Made by a program: the position numbers and the translations under genes. 64,000 bases of DNA from Octopus vulgaris (Eukaryota), in NCBI GenBank assembly GCA_951406725.2, contig OX597815.1:22196001-22260000 (forward strand), read 5' to 3'. Shown here piece by piece: positions 1-13,829 of this stretch (position 1 is its first letter; every line of letters begins with the position of its first letter). The notes under the pieces are model-generated. The model was not told the DNA's origin, did no database searches, and was given only the letters and a program-made list of their open reading frames with translations.

Positions 1-483
1 AGAGAAAAAGATGTTTTATAAACACATTCTACCAGTATACGAAGTTTCAAATTTTTTAGTTACCTAGAAATTATGTTAAAAACAGCCGTTCAAACTGAAA
101 ATATCCCAACTTTCTCTTACTCTTTCCTCCTGCATCTAGCAGCTCACCTGCGAGGGACCGGCTTCCTGTCCAGGTGGAGAACCTATATGCCAATGTAACC
201 AGGAAACTGGCCCTTATGAGCCAGGCATGACTCGCGAAGGAACAAACAACAACGTATTGCTTCAACAAGTAATTTCTGGCCTTCGGCTAGAAATAACATG
301 TGGATAGGGATTAGTCAATCATATCGAACCCAGTACATGACTGGTACTTAATTTTATTGACCTCCGAGAGATGAAAGGTAAAGTTGACCTTTGCGCGATT
401 TGAACTCAGAAAGTAGAGTCGGAGGAAATATCCCAATTTTCGACTCTAAAGATTCTACTAACTCACCTCATTTTTTCTCATCA

Positions 484-885
484 TTTTTATATATAAAAGT
501 GAAGTTGTGTGCTGTCTGTCTCCTACGATTTAGATTCCTAACTACTCCCACATTTTGCGGTGCAGTTTAACCAAAAGCGAGTATCTTATAGTCGTGATTC
601 ATATCGAGCCCTTCTGGGTATTAGCGCGCGTCTACGATGAGTCTACGATTAAAAAAAAAATTTACCATAATTTTTTTCCATTTTAATGCATTTTTTTCGC
701 TATTATATAAGGGAAGTAACTCTCTAAAAATGTCTACGATGAGTCAACAATTTAAAAAAAAAATTACCATAATTTTTTTTCCATTTTTAATGCATTTTTT
801 TGCTATCTTTTGGCTATAACTCTCTAAAAATACTTATATAGTTATTCCCCTTACAAACCCGAGCAACGCCGGGCGATACTGCTAG
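484..885 (+). mobile_element. Non-autonomous Helitron, copy 1
   Basis: Near-identical to 45775-46169. Has a subterminal hairpin CCCGagcaacgcCGGG, a CTAG 3' end followed by T, and an internal ~105-bp tandem duplication. Confidence 0.8.
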
Positions 886-1807
886 TTACAAATAAAAGAT
901 GACACAAAAATTAAAACAAAACAAAGCAAATAGCAAAGAAAGACAAAAGGCAGAGCAAAACAAACACTCAGGAGGAGAAGTAAATTGATTGTTTAATCTG
1001 GTGAGCAGATGGAGATATCTTTTTCACTTTATATCTTCTTTCTTTTTAATTTTATGGATAACATATGTATTACGGGAACCGACAATAAAGACTTCAAATG
1101 GCTTAATGCTGATCCTACTCGCAATTTTTTACGCAAAGCTATACATATTAATCACACATACATACATCACACACACGCATGTTCACACATACACAAATAT
1201 GTGGAGAGAGTGATAGATAGAGAGATGACTAAAACACTATTTGCTATAAGATTCGGTGAGAGGGAATTAGCAAATGGTGAGGATACTGTTTTTCTTAATG
1301 TTTTAATGAAAGTAATTATTTTTATATGAAAATGAAAAAACAGGCTGCGTAACTATAGTTTTATGGCTCCCGTACAACAGGTATAAGTTTATTAGATTAT
1401 TTTTACATTCAACGGAACATCCAATGCCTACAGCTTGGGAAATGAAAAACTGGATTTTGATATTTTCATGCCTTTTGTACATGTACATGACAGCTTCAAT
1501 AAGAAATGGATAGTGTATTACAGACTCGGTTTCCCCGGATGCCATCCTTTTTGCTTAAGAGCAATCTCCAATACGTTTACCCCAAAACGTACATACACAA
1601 ATATTACAAATATGCTCACACACATACAAACACATTTGTATATTGAACTTGAATAATTACAGGATAATATACAGCACGCTATACTAGCCCGTACGATTAT
1701 ACTGCCGTCTGAGCATCAAACTTATAACACTGACTTTATTAACTAATATATGTGTGTGTGTATGTGTGTGTGCGTGTATGTTTATTAAATAATATATATA
1801 TATATAA

Positions 1808-1891
<84 letters not shown>

Positions 1892-1899
1892 GTATATAT

Positions 1900-2520
1900 A
1901 TATGTAATCTTTAGCATCTGTTTTGTATCCTCCTTTATGGTCAGGCAATATCATACCTTCTTTTAACAATTTGGGGAGTTTCCATTTGCAAGGAAAAATA
2001 TCTGGAAAAATATCTGCATTAGTTTTGCGAGAGCTTTCTTGCATGTCTGTAAAAGAACAGCGGAAATCCATCTGGGTTCGTGTTCATCTCATCAACGGCC
2101 ATTGTAGATCTGAAGGGTCGAATATCTCATCGGACTTGCTTGTTTGCATACTTCCCAGTAGACGGGTGTACAAGTTGTACCAACCGCTAGATTGGACGGC
2201 ACTACATAGTAACAAAGCTCTCGTCCTTTTCAACTAGAATAAGGACGAAATACTGTAACGGCTGGGATTTCAAATGTCCACAACTATTCAACATTCTGCT
2301 AGACATCTTTAGAGGTTTGCGAGGTGTAGATGTGAAGGTTCTGAAAGAGCGTCAGGATAAGTTTTTATCTCTGACACCAAATGAACGCACATCGTAGCAG
2401 GAAGTAGAAAGACGTACAACTCCGCCAAACTTGCTACATCACCAGAAATAATACAGAAAAGAAACCCAATCGCACCTAAAGACGATACTCCAGTAAGGCC
2501 TCAGCTTCTTGCTGAAATTA
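1900..2520 (-). mobile_element. Decayed non-LTR (CR1/Jockey-like) ORF2 fragment
   Basis: Minus-strand peptide KLPKLLKEGMILPDHKGGYKTDAKDY resembles the pre-RT 'G.lP..wK...I.PihKgG.k....NYRP' region. Many stops. Confidence 0.55.
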
Positions 2521-3371
2521 GTAAAAGATAAAAATACAAGGCAAATTCAAGATTTATTGCAGTTTCTCCGGTTCTAAAAAAGTTATAGCCATCGCTTTTT
2601 GACTACTGGTACCAAGTGTAAATGAGAAAGGGAGTTCATTCCAATATGCCTCATCAGTCTATCAAATGTCCTGCCTTATCTTTAGGTGACAAGATATTTG
2701 GACATTTACAAAAAAGAGTATAGAGACCTCATAATTATTCATTTAGATCTGGATGGTTTTGCCCCACCTCGGGATTCTTTTTTATTGCGCTCTTCACAGT
2801 TTTTTTTTAAAACTAGTCTTCATGTTTTGAATATATTTTTTTAAACTATGATAATATAAATATCTTTGAAAGCAATAATATATAATAACAACCCAATACT
2901 TCATATATTTGCATTTATAAAATGTATTTATATGTTGATTATAACGATAAAGAATACGAATAACTTTTATTGCTGTATCAGTTTTCAAAATTATATGCAT
3001 GCGTTCAATAATGAAAGTATTTAAATTGTACCGTTTGAGTTCCTGAAAATTTAAAATTCTGTTGTTTAAATTACAGAGGAAGAAAATGTAATTACAAGTT
3101 TAAGCAAAAAAACTTATACACTTTTAATGCAATCGAAATATATCTACAAAAAGTAATTTTTATATTCATGAAAGTAAAAATATTTTTAAAAAATGGAAGC
3201 CAAATCGAAAATCTTAAGCCCACTCCGAAGACCATTCTGTTTTATATATAAAATGCACAAAACGTTGGAGGTGAAGTTAAAAAAATTACCACGGAAGTGC
3301 CTTGCTAACATTTATATACAAGTGCGGACACTAAATGTAAAATGACATAGATCTAGTTATTGCAATCACCG

Positions 3372-3668
3372 TGATCATCGTGACCAACCAGGCTATCAGA
3401 TGTGTTTACACATCGCTGGTCACAATGTGCTTCACATTGTTTTAGCCTTCAAATGACGCCACCCTGCTGGCTAAGCCAACAGAAGAAAGAGTGAGAGAAA
3501 GTTGTGGCGAAAGAGTACAGCAGGGATCGCCACCACCACCCTGTCGGAGCCTCGTGGAGCTTTAGGTGTTTTCGCTCAATAAACACTCACAACGCTCGGT
3601 CTGGGAATTGAAACCGCGATCCTACGACCGCGAGTCCGTTGCCCTAACCACTGAGCCATTGCGCCTCC
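3372..3668 (-). mobile_element. tRNA-derived SINE, family B (tail type 2)
   Basis: Head GGAGGCGCAATGGCTCAGTGGTTAGGGC (A box) and GGTTTCAATTCC (B box). Same tail as 37122-37427. Confidence 0.85.
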
Positions 3669-4001
3669 AGTTAGTGCAATATGAAAGGAAAACATAATTT
3701 CCAAGCATTTCTAAGATCGAAATATATATAAAAGAGGAAAATATCGTTATGAAAGAGAAATGAAAAATAATTAAAAAGACTTTGAAATAACTAAAGCTAT
3801 AAAATAGCGAAATGCTGAAATACTTGAATACTTTGTAGTAAAGATTGTTTGCCAACATAAAATAACAGTACCAGTTTATGACGAATGTTGCTGTAATTTA
3901 GCCCCAGGGGACATCGTCAACAGCTGGCTATACGACACGACCCGTGTCCTAATATTTTCGAACGAGGGAATCTAGCACCCTCACTCAGCTCAAAACAATA
4001 T

Positions 4002-4044
4002 CTGTGTATCGCGATTTCCGTGTTATTTCCTTTCATCAGCACAG
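4002..4044 (-). ncRNA. Minimal type I hammerhead motif, stem II decayed
   Basis: CTGTG-CTGATGA-aaggaaataacacg-GAAA-TCGCGA-TA-CACAG. Stem I is 5 bp, the core is intact and stem III is palindromic, but stem II does not pair well. Confidence 0.7.
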
Positions 4045-4341
4045 AATAATTGTTCGGCTAGAGGTGAATATTTTATTATGATAATTCATATCGTACCCTC
4101 AGGGGACAAAACAGGACAATACAAACAATTCTTGTTATTATGAGTTCGCATGATACTTAGTTTTAAAAAATATTGAATGATGGCGGTGCCCCAGCATGGC
4201 CACAGCACGTGAGCTGAAACTAGATAAAATGAAAAAAAAAAAAAAAAAATGATATATAATTAAAATTTGACGTTCTGCAGAGGATTAAACCTGATGGGCT
4301 GAAAAGCTCAGCGTCTATACATTTTCCCTTTCCCATGAGGA

Positions 4342-6543
4342 TTAAGCAGGGTCACTTGCACCCACCTTTCTTATCACAGCCTTCCATCTTTTCTCGAACA
4401 CACCTCGCGACAGGCATCTCCTATCCAGCCCTATCGTGCTCTTCAGATGAGATCTGAAGTATGTCAGCAAACCAGATCCAGAGATGAAGGATCCCGCCAC
4501 GAATCCTTCCAATCTGGTCTTCCACACGAACTCTTTCAACACTGCAACTGAACAGAGAAAACATGCCTCACCTTCCTTTGAGAGTCCGGTTGGCGATACA
4601 ATCTTTATTATAGACTCAGCTGCTATCTGTACTTTGCCTAGGTGTGACAACACGGGTTCAGCGTATATTACCAAGCCTGAAAGCTTCCGGCACTGTACAA
4701 AAGCGTGCTGGACGGTTTCATCGTCCAGCCCACATCTTGGACATGCCGTTGGCACTGACATTCCGTGTCTGGATAACTTCTCGCGAACCGGTAAATCGTT
4801 CCAAATACCCTGGTCTGAAAGTTTTTTGGAACAGGTTGGCAAGTTGGTTCTCGTCGAACCCCAGAGCCCTCCTAGGACGTCATCATTTTTATACTCTACC
4901 AGTCCTTTATACAACACCGAGGTGGTATTCCCACTGCCGGCCTTGTCCATTTTGTGGATAAGCACGAGTGCCTGTCGACACTCCTTTTGCCAATCTGTCA
5001 GATTACGTCTTTTAATGAAACCGGGTTTGAATCTCTCCAAGGAGACTGGTCGTGGAAAGAATTCCTCTGCCAGCGGATTCCACACCTTGTCACCTTCCAG
5101 GTAATGCTAGAGATGTCTCAGCCTCAACGCATGTCTGCGCATCATTAGCCAGGGCATCCCTAACCCACCCTTTAACGGTTCTTGGCAGCAGACAGAGCGC
5201 CTCACAAGTGGCTTTCCTCCTTTTCACAATAAGCGGAAGAGGAAGTGCTCCAACTTGTTTAGGCACGAGCCGGGGCAGGGAACAAAGGTTAACGGTAGGT
5301 GATTACAGAAACAATAAAAATCTGTACCACTTCCGCCCTTCCTTTCAGGGACAGATCCCGTCTGGACCAACTCCGGACTAGGGCCTCCAACCTGACTGCT
5401 ACCTCGCTCCAGTTCTTCTCAGTCTGAGAGTCGGTCCAAACCAAACTCCAAGCAACTTAACAGAACCTATTTCCAAGTGACCCACGACACTGGACGATAT
5501 CGACTTGCTTCTCCTGGTGCCAAGGCGCTAGCCGATGGACTTGTCCCTGTTAACTTTTGCCCCTGCCACCGCCTCGTATCCTTTGATAGCGTCCTCTACA
5601 CAAGGTAGTTGCGCTTCATTAGACACGATGATGGAGACGTCATCTGCAGAAGCAGAGGCCGACTTATCGCATCCGATTACATTAGAGGTGCGCCCCAAAT
5701 TCTCCAACTTCCGCAGTAATGGCTCAAGAGCCAACACATACAGAAGCGAGACAGTGGACACCCTTGACGAACTGAGCGCTTGATCGAAAACGGCTTGATC
5801 GAAAACGGCTCCGACGGTGGATTTGATGCCGCTATACATTGCGGAGATCCATTTACGGAAGTCCGGGCCCAGCCCAGCCGTTTCGAGGTCCCTATCAAAC
5901 GCTTTACTTTGGTCTAAATGGACCAGTGTCTCACCTTTGCCGATTAATTTATCCAACCTGTCTAAGGTGTAGCGTATAAGGTGAAGATTGTCCTGGATTG
6001 ACCTGCCTGGGATGGTGCATGTCTGCGACTTCCCGACGAGCATCTCCACGACACGCTCAACCTTTTGGTTAACACCTTGACCAAAATCTTTAACTCTACA
6101 TTGAGTAGAGAGGTCTGTAATTACTTATAATGTTCCACTTGCTCGGGTCCTTCTGGGTCAGCGCCACCACTCCCCGACTCATAGAGCCGAGAATCCTATT
6201 CTGTTGCTAGTTTGTGTAGACGCTGGCCAGGAGGTTCCCAAACAAGTCTGGCATGCTACAATAAAACTCATTGGGTAGACCATCCAGCCCCGGCGACATG
6301 TACCCGGCGCACTCGGCCAACACGTCTTTGACCTCAGCAGGTGTAATCAATCCTTCACAGCATTCCACCTCACGTGCCGAGAGTCGCGGCCAACCAGCGA
6401 GGAAGCGCTTTAGGGATTCCCCACGCTTCACGTTCAAACTTCCGCAGCATTCCGCCACACGTGCCGAAAGTCGTGGTTGTCCAGGAAACAAGCTTGTTTC
6501 TATTTCGACCTCAGCCCACGCGCATTTATCTACCCTAGCTTAG
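4342..6543 (-). mobile_element. Tx1/L1-clade LINE ORF2 remnant (RT plus C-terminal zinc finger), frameshifted
   Basis: Motifs SPGLDGLPNEFY, PGRSIQDNLHLIR, LDQSKAFDR, SVRQGCPLS, SADD (decayed YADD) and CPRC..DETVQHAFVQC are spread over several frames. Confidence 0.92.
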
Positions 6544-7807
6544 TCGACATGATAAAAATTTATAGAAAGGAATTACTTACAATTTAAGTTTGAGGATGAG
6601 CTGCACAAATTCGGCTGCTTCTCCATCCTTTTCTTTTACTGGTGTAGCCGCTGGGCTTTTCATTGATGTGACTGCCGGGCTTACAATTAATTTTCCCTCT
6701 GCCACTTCAGTACTGAAATCTCTTATATGTCGTCCCAGTAACGCGCTTTCAGGTCTGTCAATAGGCTTTCGTCCATTATTGCAAATCTAATGCTTGTCGG
6801 TGTGTCTTTCAATATTTTGTGCATACGTGCCTTTTGGTGTGCTCTAATTATATTAGACAGCACTTCATTTTTCTCTCTAAAGGTCACTGTTTTTTCGCGT
6901 GTTTTGGGTGGGAGGAGTTGATAAATGATTTCACCGTGGAGTTGGGTCGGGGTGTTTGGTTATGAGTGTCTGTTGCGTGCTTTGTTGATTTTTTTGATTT
7001 GGGAGGGGGAATCAGAGACATGTGTCTTGTTTCGTTTGTGAGTGACCGGTAAAATACACTTCTTCCTTTGTGTCTTTCTTCGCAGTTACTTTTTCTTCCC
7101 ACTTCTCTGAAGCGTTTTCCGGTTTGTCTGTTTTTTTTCCTTTCACCTCCTTTGCAGCTTTTTGGGGAGGGGTACACAGGAACAGAATATATTTGATAAC
7201 ATATCGGTCATCACAAAAAAAAAAGTAGAAAGGAAAATAATTGAAATGAAAGACATTGTTGAAGTGGACCTCTCGGAGGATTACGATAAGGAGACGAAAT
7301 ATATTTTGATGGAAAAAAATAAGTATAGAAGGTTAAAAGACGTTTTCCCATCATATATAATAAACCCACTGAGGCCCGAGGTGAATTTCGAACCCAGCGC
7401 TCCAGTGGTGAACTATGAGAAAATTAAGAACTATATAAAATGGTAAGTAGAGTTTTATTTTGAAAAGAACTGTTGAAGATTGTTGAAATAATTGAAATGA
7501 CGTGACTACCCCGGAGCGGGGCTGGGGTGGCCGTTCCATCTTCATTGTATAATTTCACAATTCCATTCTTTCATGTGTTGATTGTCCCCGCCTGTGTGTA
7601 TTGTCTCATCTATTTTTAGCCCCTTGTGGGTAAATAAAAAAAAATCAGTCTTTCAAATAAATCATGACTTACCACTTCATCTCCTTTTCGTCAACATAAT
7701 TCACCTCCGAGGTGCAAGGTTCAACATCCACCTCTGGCCTCAGTGGTTTCACTCTTTCATAATCTCTTTCAATTTTGAAATTCTTTTAACTTTTAGGATG
7801 TCCTACT

Positions 7808-9000
7808 TCATTTAAAATTCTTGCTTCTGTTTTTATCTTGCGTGTCTGTTTCGTTTTTGGCTCTGTATTTCTGTAATTCTTGACTTTCCTGTGATTGTGT
7901 CTGTGTGCTTGTGTGTGTGTGTGTTCGTTTGACTGTAATTCTGTGTTTCGTCTGTGTGTCTATGTCTTTAGGTTTCCGTAATTCTGAATGGTCTTGTTTC
8001 TGTTCGTCTATACGTCTGTGCTTTTGCATGTCTGTGTGTCTGTGGGTCTGTGGATCTGAATGTTTCTGTACCTGTAAATTTTCCCCGTCTCTCGTCATAG
8101 GTTGCGTTTCCTCTTCTATTGCTTTGTACTTCTTCAATTTCACTTTCATTGGTGACTTCCTCTTCTCTCTTATTCTTGCTTCCACCTCTGCAAAATTCCC
8201 GTCTTCTTCTGTTATCTGTTTCTGCTGTCTCTCTACCATTATATCCCCCTGAATGCTCCCCTCTACACTTTCCACTGCTGCTCTAGGGCATTTCTTTTTC
8301 AAGTGCCCTCTTTCACCACATTTGTGACACTTTGAGGGTCTCTCCTCCAATATTAACTCCAGCTTTTCTTCATTTGATAGCTCTAAAGCTACAGGTATTT
8401 CATTGTAATATTTCAGGCTCACTGCACAAATTATCTTTAATCCATAACCCACTGCTTCACGTGTTGGGTTCGGCTTATCAAGCCCATCCTCACCTCTTTG
8501 CTTACTCTTCTCATCTCTGAATAAAAAATCGCCGCTATTATTCACTCTGGTTCTATCGATGGTAGGATTCTTCCCACCCTAATTCTGACAATTCTTCTAT
8601 CCAAACAGTTTGGCATCAAAGTTCATTTTTCTCCCTGTATCAGCCTGTTAGAGGCCTTTTCTGCCTCTTCTTCCAATATAAAGGTTACCGCTATAGACGC
8701 ATATCTCTTTCCTTTCGTAAAGAACGTTATGCTGTCCCCTATATGTTCTTCCAAAATTTCTTCTATTTCTTCCTGCAGCGTGTGTTCAATTCTAATTTTA
8801 TTTGAAAAATGTTCCGAATATGACTGTCTTCTTTTCTATTTTCACTTTTTCCTCCTCTAGCAGGGTCATTTTTATATTTGATCCTTCCTTCTCTACCATA
8901 CTACTATATTTCTTTATCAGCTCTTCATTCCACTGAAACATCTCCTGTTTCAGCACACGTGGGTGTAGGGGAACTCGATCTGCAGTAACTTCAGGATAAC
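7808..9000 (-). mobile_element. Gag-like/ORF1 remnant with a CCHC zinc knuckle (Tx1/L1 type)
   Basis: ORF 7808-8545 contains CHKCGERGHLKKKC followed by a K/E/Q/T-rich tail. It lies upstream of, and co-oriented with, the Tx1 ORF2 remnant. Confidence 0.7.
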
Positions 9001-9799
9001 TTCTAATTTTTCTCAGTTATTCACCACCACCCAACAATGGGGGCCTCGCACAAAAAATTCGGCTCGAGTTCTTCCAAAAACAAAAACAAAAAATTGTTCG
9101 GGTGAGGTGGCGCTGCCAAATTCCCGGTCGAAATATATAGTCTTCAAAGTGACACTAGTCACTGATCTATAAATTAGAAAATTAGTATTTTTAAATCTCA
9201 CAACGTGAGATATTCAGCAACAGTACTTTGTAGTAAAAGTTTATTTGTCAACATAACATGGCAGTTCCGGTTTAGGACGAATTCCTTCTCAAAAATTAGA
9301 CTATCAGGTGGAAGTGACAAGGAAGTGAATTTAGGTTTAAAGATGGAGACCAGAAGTTTTGAGAAGTGGTTATCAAAGCGAATAAAAACTGTAGAGAAGT
9401 GTGGGTTTGGGGGCAAAAATTGCATTGGAATGGAATATAAAAGGAGCATTTTCATTAAAATCCGATTTTAAAACATTTTTACAACCATTTAAAATTATCC
9501 AGGTAGGTTGCAAAGAGTTTTGGTTGCATACATGTATACACATATATTAGCATCATTATACAAACAATGTGGTTACAACGTCCGAGTATTAATCTATCAT
9601 ATTTCCGTATTACTGTATTTAATAGTGAAAGACATCTGTTTCCTTAAAGACAAGGCATACTTTTCATTTTCATAAAAATAAATATGCAACTCTAATTTTT
9701 ATAGGTGCAAGCGTGGCTGTATCTCATGAAGCTTGCTTTCCAACCGCATGGTCCCGGCTTCAGTTTCACTGTATGGCATCTTGTTGGAGCCCCCGGAGT

Positions 9800-10030
9800 C
9801 CTGCATGAGTAGCGGGCTTACAACCTGCAGCCTACGGTACCATTCTATTCGTTCTTTTCAGCTATCTCATACTTTCCTGATAATTCTGGCTGTGCCAAAG
9901 AGGCAAACCTTTTGTAACAGTTCTACTGGGCACTCTATTCCAATTTCCTTTATATTCCTCTTCGTATCTTCCTATATTGTTCCTAAGGACACAACTATAA
10001 TTGACACTGTCTTCTTCATTTTCCATAGCC
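9800..10030 (-). mobile_element. R4/Dong-like non-LTR 3' fragment
   Basis: Minus-strand translation IIVVSLGTI...VELLQKVCLFGTARIIRKV is the typical C-terminus of RLE-encoding elements. A related copy lies at ~20750-20960. Confidence 0.65.
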
Positions 10031-11595
10031 GGGCTATTTTGTACTTATTCGTCACACACTATGTCACGCTCATACGGCCTGAAAATTATGTTAAGTGTAT
10101 ACTTGTGTGTGGAGTACTCAATCAGTTATATGTTAAATTAGGGGCAGATAATTCTTTTGAGAGAACCTATGAATCCTCGTCAAACTCACGGAGATCCATC
10201 ATTCCATTACTTCTTTAGCCAGAATGATGGAAGCTGTACATTGCTGTTGAGGTCCTAATAAGATCAAAACATGACCGTTGCTGGGTCCTGGTACTTGCTG
10301 AGACAAACAGTATTATATTAGTCATTGACTTAACAGTGTCTTTATATTTTCACTACTGCTTACTTAGCCTTCAAATACTCCCAACATTGAATATGCTGAA
10401 TCTAATATATTAACATTCTGATACATTCTGTGCGTGTGTAGGAAAGTGTAAATACGTTTGTGGACATGGTTCTAATCAAATTAAAAAAGGTTGAGAGATT
10501 CAGACGCTGTAGGCTAAGCTCTAATGAAATATAGAATTAAAGAAAGTTGTAAGATTTTGTTTTTCGCGGTACACAATAAATAAGCATAAAAACAAATTGG
10601 TAATTGGAAATTGGATGGATGAATCTTTTAAATGACATTTAGTCTCGTTTATGTTTGTTTATATTACTAGATACCTCGGCAAGTTGCTTAAATGTAAAGG
10701 ATAAAGGAACAGGCGGCGTAATTAATCCATGTAGACATACGGTTGTATAGGCTGTAGAGATTGTTTTACATTGCAAACGATAACCTTAATTGCATCCATC
10801 ATACTAGAAAGAAAAAAACACGAGTGATAAAATCACAGACGCTGGACAAGTTTTACATTATACTTTATGCTAAAGACATGGATATGGAGTAGATTAAAGT
10901 TCCCGATAAGCCGAGTCCACGATATTGTTTTAGTCACGATGTTATTCTCTAACTTCTCTTCCTTTACGAATCCCTTTGAGAAAAGTATGGTTTGTTCTTA
11001 CGTTTGTGTATTTTACATTTTGTTTTCTAAATGCAGATTATACTGATTGTTGTTCCTGTATATTTTTATCCTTTTATTCCTTTACTTGTTTTAGTTATTG
11101 GACTGCGACCATAAATTAATTATATTCCACCCTTTATTGAATATTGAATACTTTTGCTCCCTTACAAGTTATCTCCGAATTTTTCGTTTCGTTGGTAATG
11201 TTTTTGTGGCTCACGTGGTAGATTTTGGAGGGAAATACGAATTCGCATGTCGGCATAGATGTACGAATGCTAGCAGTTCCGTTAAGCCGTCCGATGTTGC
11301 AGATCGTACTGGTGTAACGGGTAAGTTTTTTCCCTAGCATTTCTAGATCTATAGGAAATATTATATTGACAAGGAAATGAACCTTCGGTTCTAATCCAGA
11401 AACGAGTCGTCTATAATTAATCCAGAGGCTGGGTTTTCGTTATTTTCTGCCTTTCTTTGCCATATACAGCTTACAAATTCTGTTTGTTTGTGGAGACTTT
11501 TTACTAGTAGAGGAAATACTAACCAATTTTGGCTGCTATTTCTGATATTTTCGGTATGTGGTTTTGAGCAACTTGTTGCTTTTAACCCTTTATTA

Positions 11596-11638
<43 letters not shown>

Positions 11639-11954
11639 GGTTAAGTAATTGAGATTCTAGTGAGTTCTAAAGAATTCACATGAATATGGTCCTTAACTAG
11701 GATGCACCGGATATCTATATGGTGTTAGCCATACGACAAGTGGGGTGATTATAAATAGGAAAAAAGCAACAAGAATGGATTAAAATCTCGGTACGATCGT
11801 TTCGTACGAGGACATCTTTAATAAGCTACAAAAAATGCATATATATATATATGAACACACACACGCACACACTCACACATACGCACATATATAAGTGTGT
11901 GTATGTATTATGTGTATGCATTATTTATTTAAAGGACACAATACATGTCTTTAA

Positions 11955-12009
11955 GTGTTACTAATAATTTCATATATTGAGAAATATCTCAAACATATTC
12001 ATCAGCCAC
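11955..12009 (-). ncRNA. Hammerhead in the inverted pLTR copy, stem I mismatched
   Basis: GTGG-CTGATGA-ATATG...TATAT-GAAA-TTATTAG-TA-ACAC. Confidence 0.75.
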
Positions 12010-13185
12010 AAACCACATATCACACCGAACTAAAAGAAAATGGAATAAGAGAAGAAACGCGAAAAAGCTGAGAAGGCAGCATATAGAAAATGCGGAAGAA
12101 TTAGAAAACACGGAAACGTAAAACGGAAAACGAAAACGTAACAACTAAAATGTAAAAGAGATATCCCCTTTAGACCTTAAATTATAAAACTGGAAAGATA
12201 TCAACAAGTTAGTCAGGCATAGGCGGAATTTTCCAATTCTTCAAAATATATTTATACATATGTATGCAACCGCTGAAATTTCAGACCTCAAGTGGATAAG
12301 ATCCTGGACCAGAATAATAATATTAAGTGACCTAAAAATGGGTCAAGGAAAATTATTTGGTTCGCCCCTCCTTTTTACCTTTATAGAAAACCTAACATAG
12401 GTAAAATATTCTTGTTTCTCCGAGACAAACACTTTCCATTAACTTATTGATACCGGAAAATATTTAATAGGCGTTCTATCATATAACTACAACCTCAATA
12501 TGAAGAGTATCATTACACGAAGTCAATACCAAGAGCTTAATTCCAGTTGTAACTGTCGCGACCCAGAATCCTGTCCCACGATGTATGATTAAATATGTCA
12601 TATATGAGGTAGAATTTACTGCGACCCTAATGATAATACATATTGGATTATATGAAGGAGAATTTGAAACTCGCTACACCAATTACATAGCCTCCATCCG
12701 ACATAGGGACAAAAGCAAAGCTACTAAGCTGGCTAGCTAGGTCTGGAGTTTGAAAGTTAACGAGACACCACGTGTGATTAAGTGGAAAATAATTGAGAAA
12801 TCCATACCTTCTGTTAATGAATCGAATAAATTTAGGCTAAAAATTTAGCTGTAAGAGCTCAGATCCTGTTCAGATCTAAGATCACTAACTCTCTACTGAA
12901 ATATAGGTCTGAAATTTTCAGAGGTTGCATACATATGTATAAATATATTTTGCAGAATTAGAAAATTCCACCTACACTTGACTAACTTGTTGATATCTTT
13001 CCAGCCTTATAATTCAAGGTCTAAGGAGGATAACTCTTTTGCCATTTTACTTTTTACTTTTTAGTTGTTACGTTTTCGTTTTCCGTTTTTTTTAACCTTC
13101 CGCCTTTTCTTATATGCTGTCTTCTCAGCTTTTTCGTGTTTCTTCTCTTATTTAATTTTTTTTAGTTCCTTATGGTATGTGTTTT

Positions 13186-13240
13186 GTGCCTGATGAATAT
13201 GACTGAGATATTTCTCAACATATGAAACTATTAGTAGCAC
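13186..13240 (+). ncRNA. Type I hammerhead ribozyme (canonical core) in the PLE pLTR
   Basis: GTGC-CTGATGA-ATATG(acTGAGAtattTCTCAa)CATAT-GAAA-CTATTAG-TA-GCAC. Predicted cleavage after GUA at 13236. Confidence 0.9.
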
Positions 13241-13310
13241 TTAAAGACATGTATTTATCTCTCACAAGATGGAGTACTTTTTTGTTGATCTTTCTGACAC
13301 GGTACAGCAC

Positions 13311-13368
<58 letters not shown>

Positions 13369-13829
13369 ATTGACGGGCTTCCATACAGTTTCTACCAAAA
13401 TTCACTCACAAGGCATTGATCACCCCGGAGCTATAATAACAATATTTGCCCAAGGTTCCATGTAGTGGAACTGAACCGGAAAACTCGAAGAAATATCTTA
13501 ACCACACGGCCATGTCAGCGCACCAAATTTTTAACTACTTACATCTAAGCCAACACGTGAACATCTACATGGTCATTTTACCTATACGTATATTAACTTG
13601 TCTGTGAATTCCAATTTAATATATTTCCATTCATTCCGAGGAAGGGAGCTTTAAACCAGTGAAACGGAGAAGATCGAATGGTGGTGAAAATACTGAACAG
13701 TATTTGTATCTTATCCTTGAAAAGAATAAAAAAAGTTCTATGCCTTCGATCTGCTGGAAAGAGCTGTCGCATTATCATCCAATTACACCGTACCTTCTTT
13801 AAAGAATTAGGGTTCATATGACGTAGTGT

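Larger units (their letters stand above)
11940..13255 (+). mobile_element. 5'-truncated Penelope-like element: GIY-YIG endonuclease remnant with inverted pLTR
   Basis: 12342-12980 translates with frameshifts as RKIIWFAPPF, NIGKIFL, CNCRDPESCP, YIGLYEGEFETRY, TKLAS*VWSLK, IKWKII and LLKYRSEIFRGCIH. 11940-12288 is an inverted copy of 12905-13255, and both arms carry an HHR. Confidence 0.9.

Noticed and set aside
631-850. Spaced direct repeats resembling a CRISPR array
   Set aside because: Internal tandem duplication of a Helitron in eukaryotic DNA; no unique spacers or cas genes.
2222-2262. GTCCTT...AAGGAC-GAAA hairpin resembling HHR stem II
   Set aside because: No CUGANGA upstream, and it lies in a LINE remnant.
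4484-5104. 206-aa plus-strand ORF
   Set aside because: Antisense shadow of the Tx1 ORF2 remnant.
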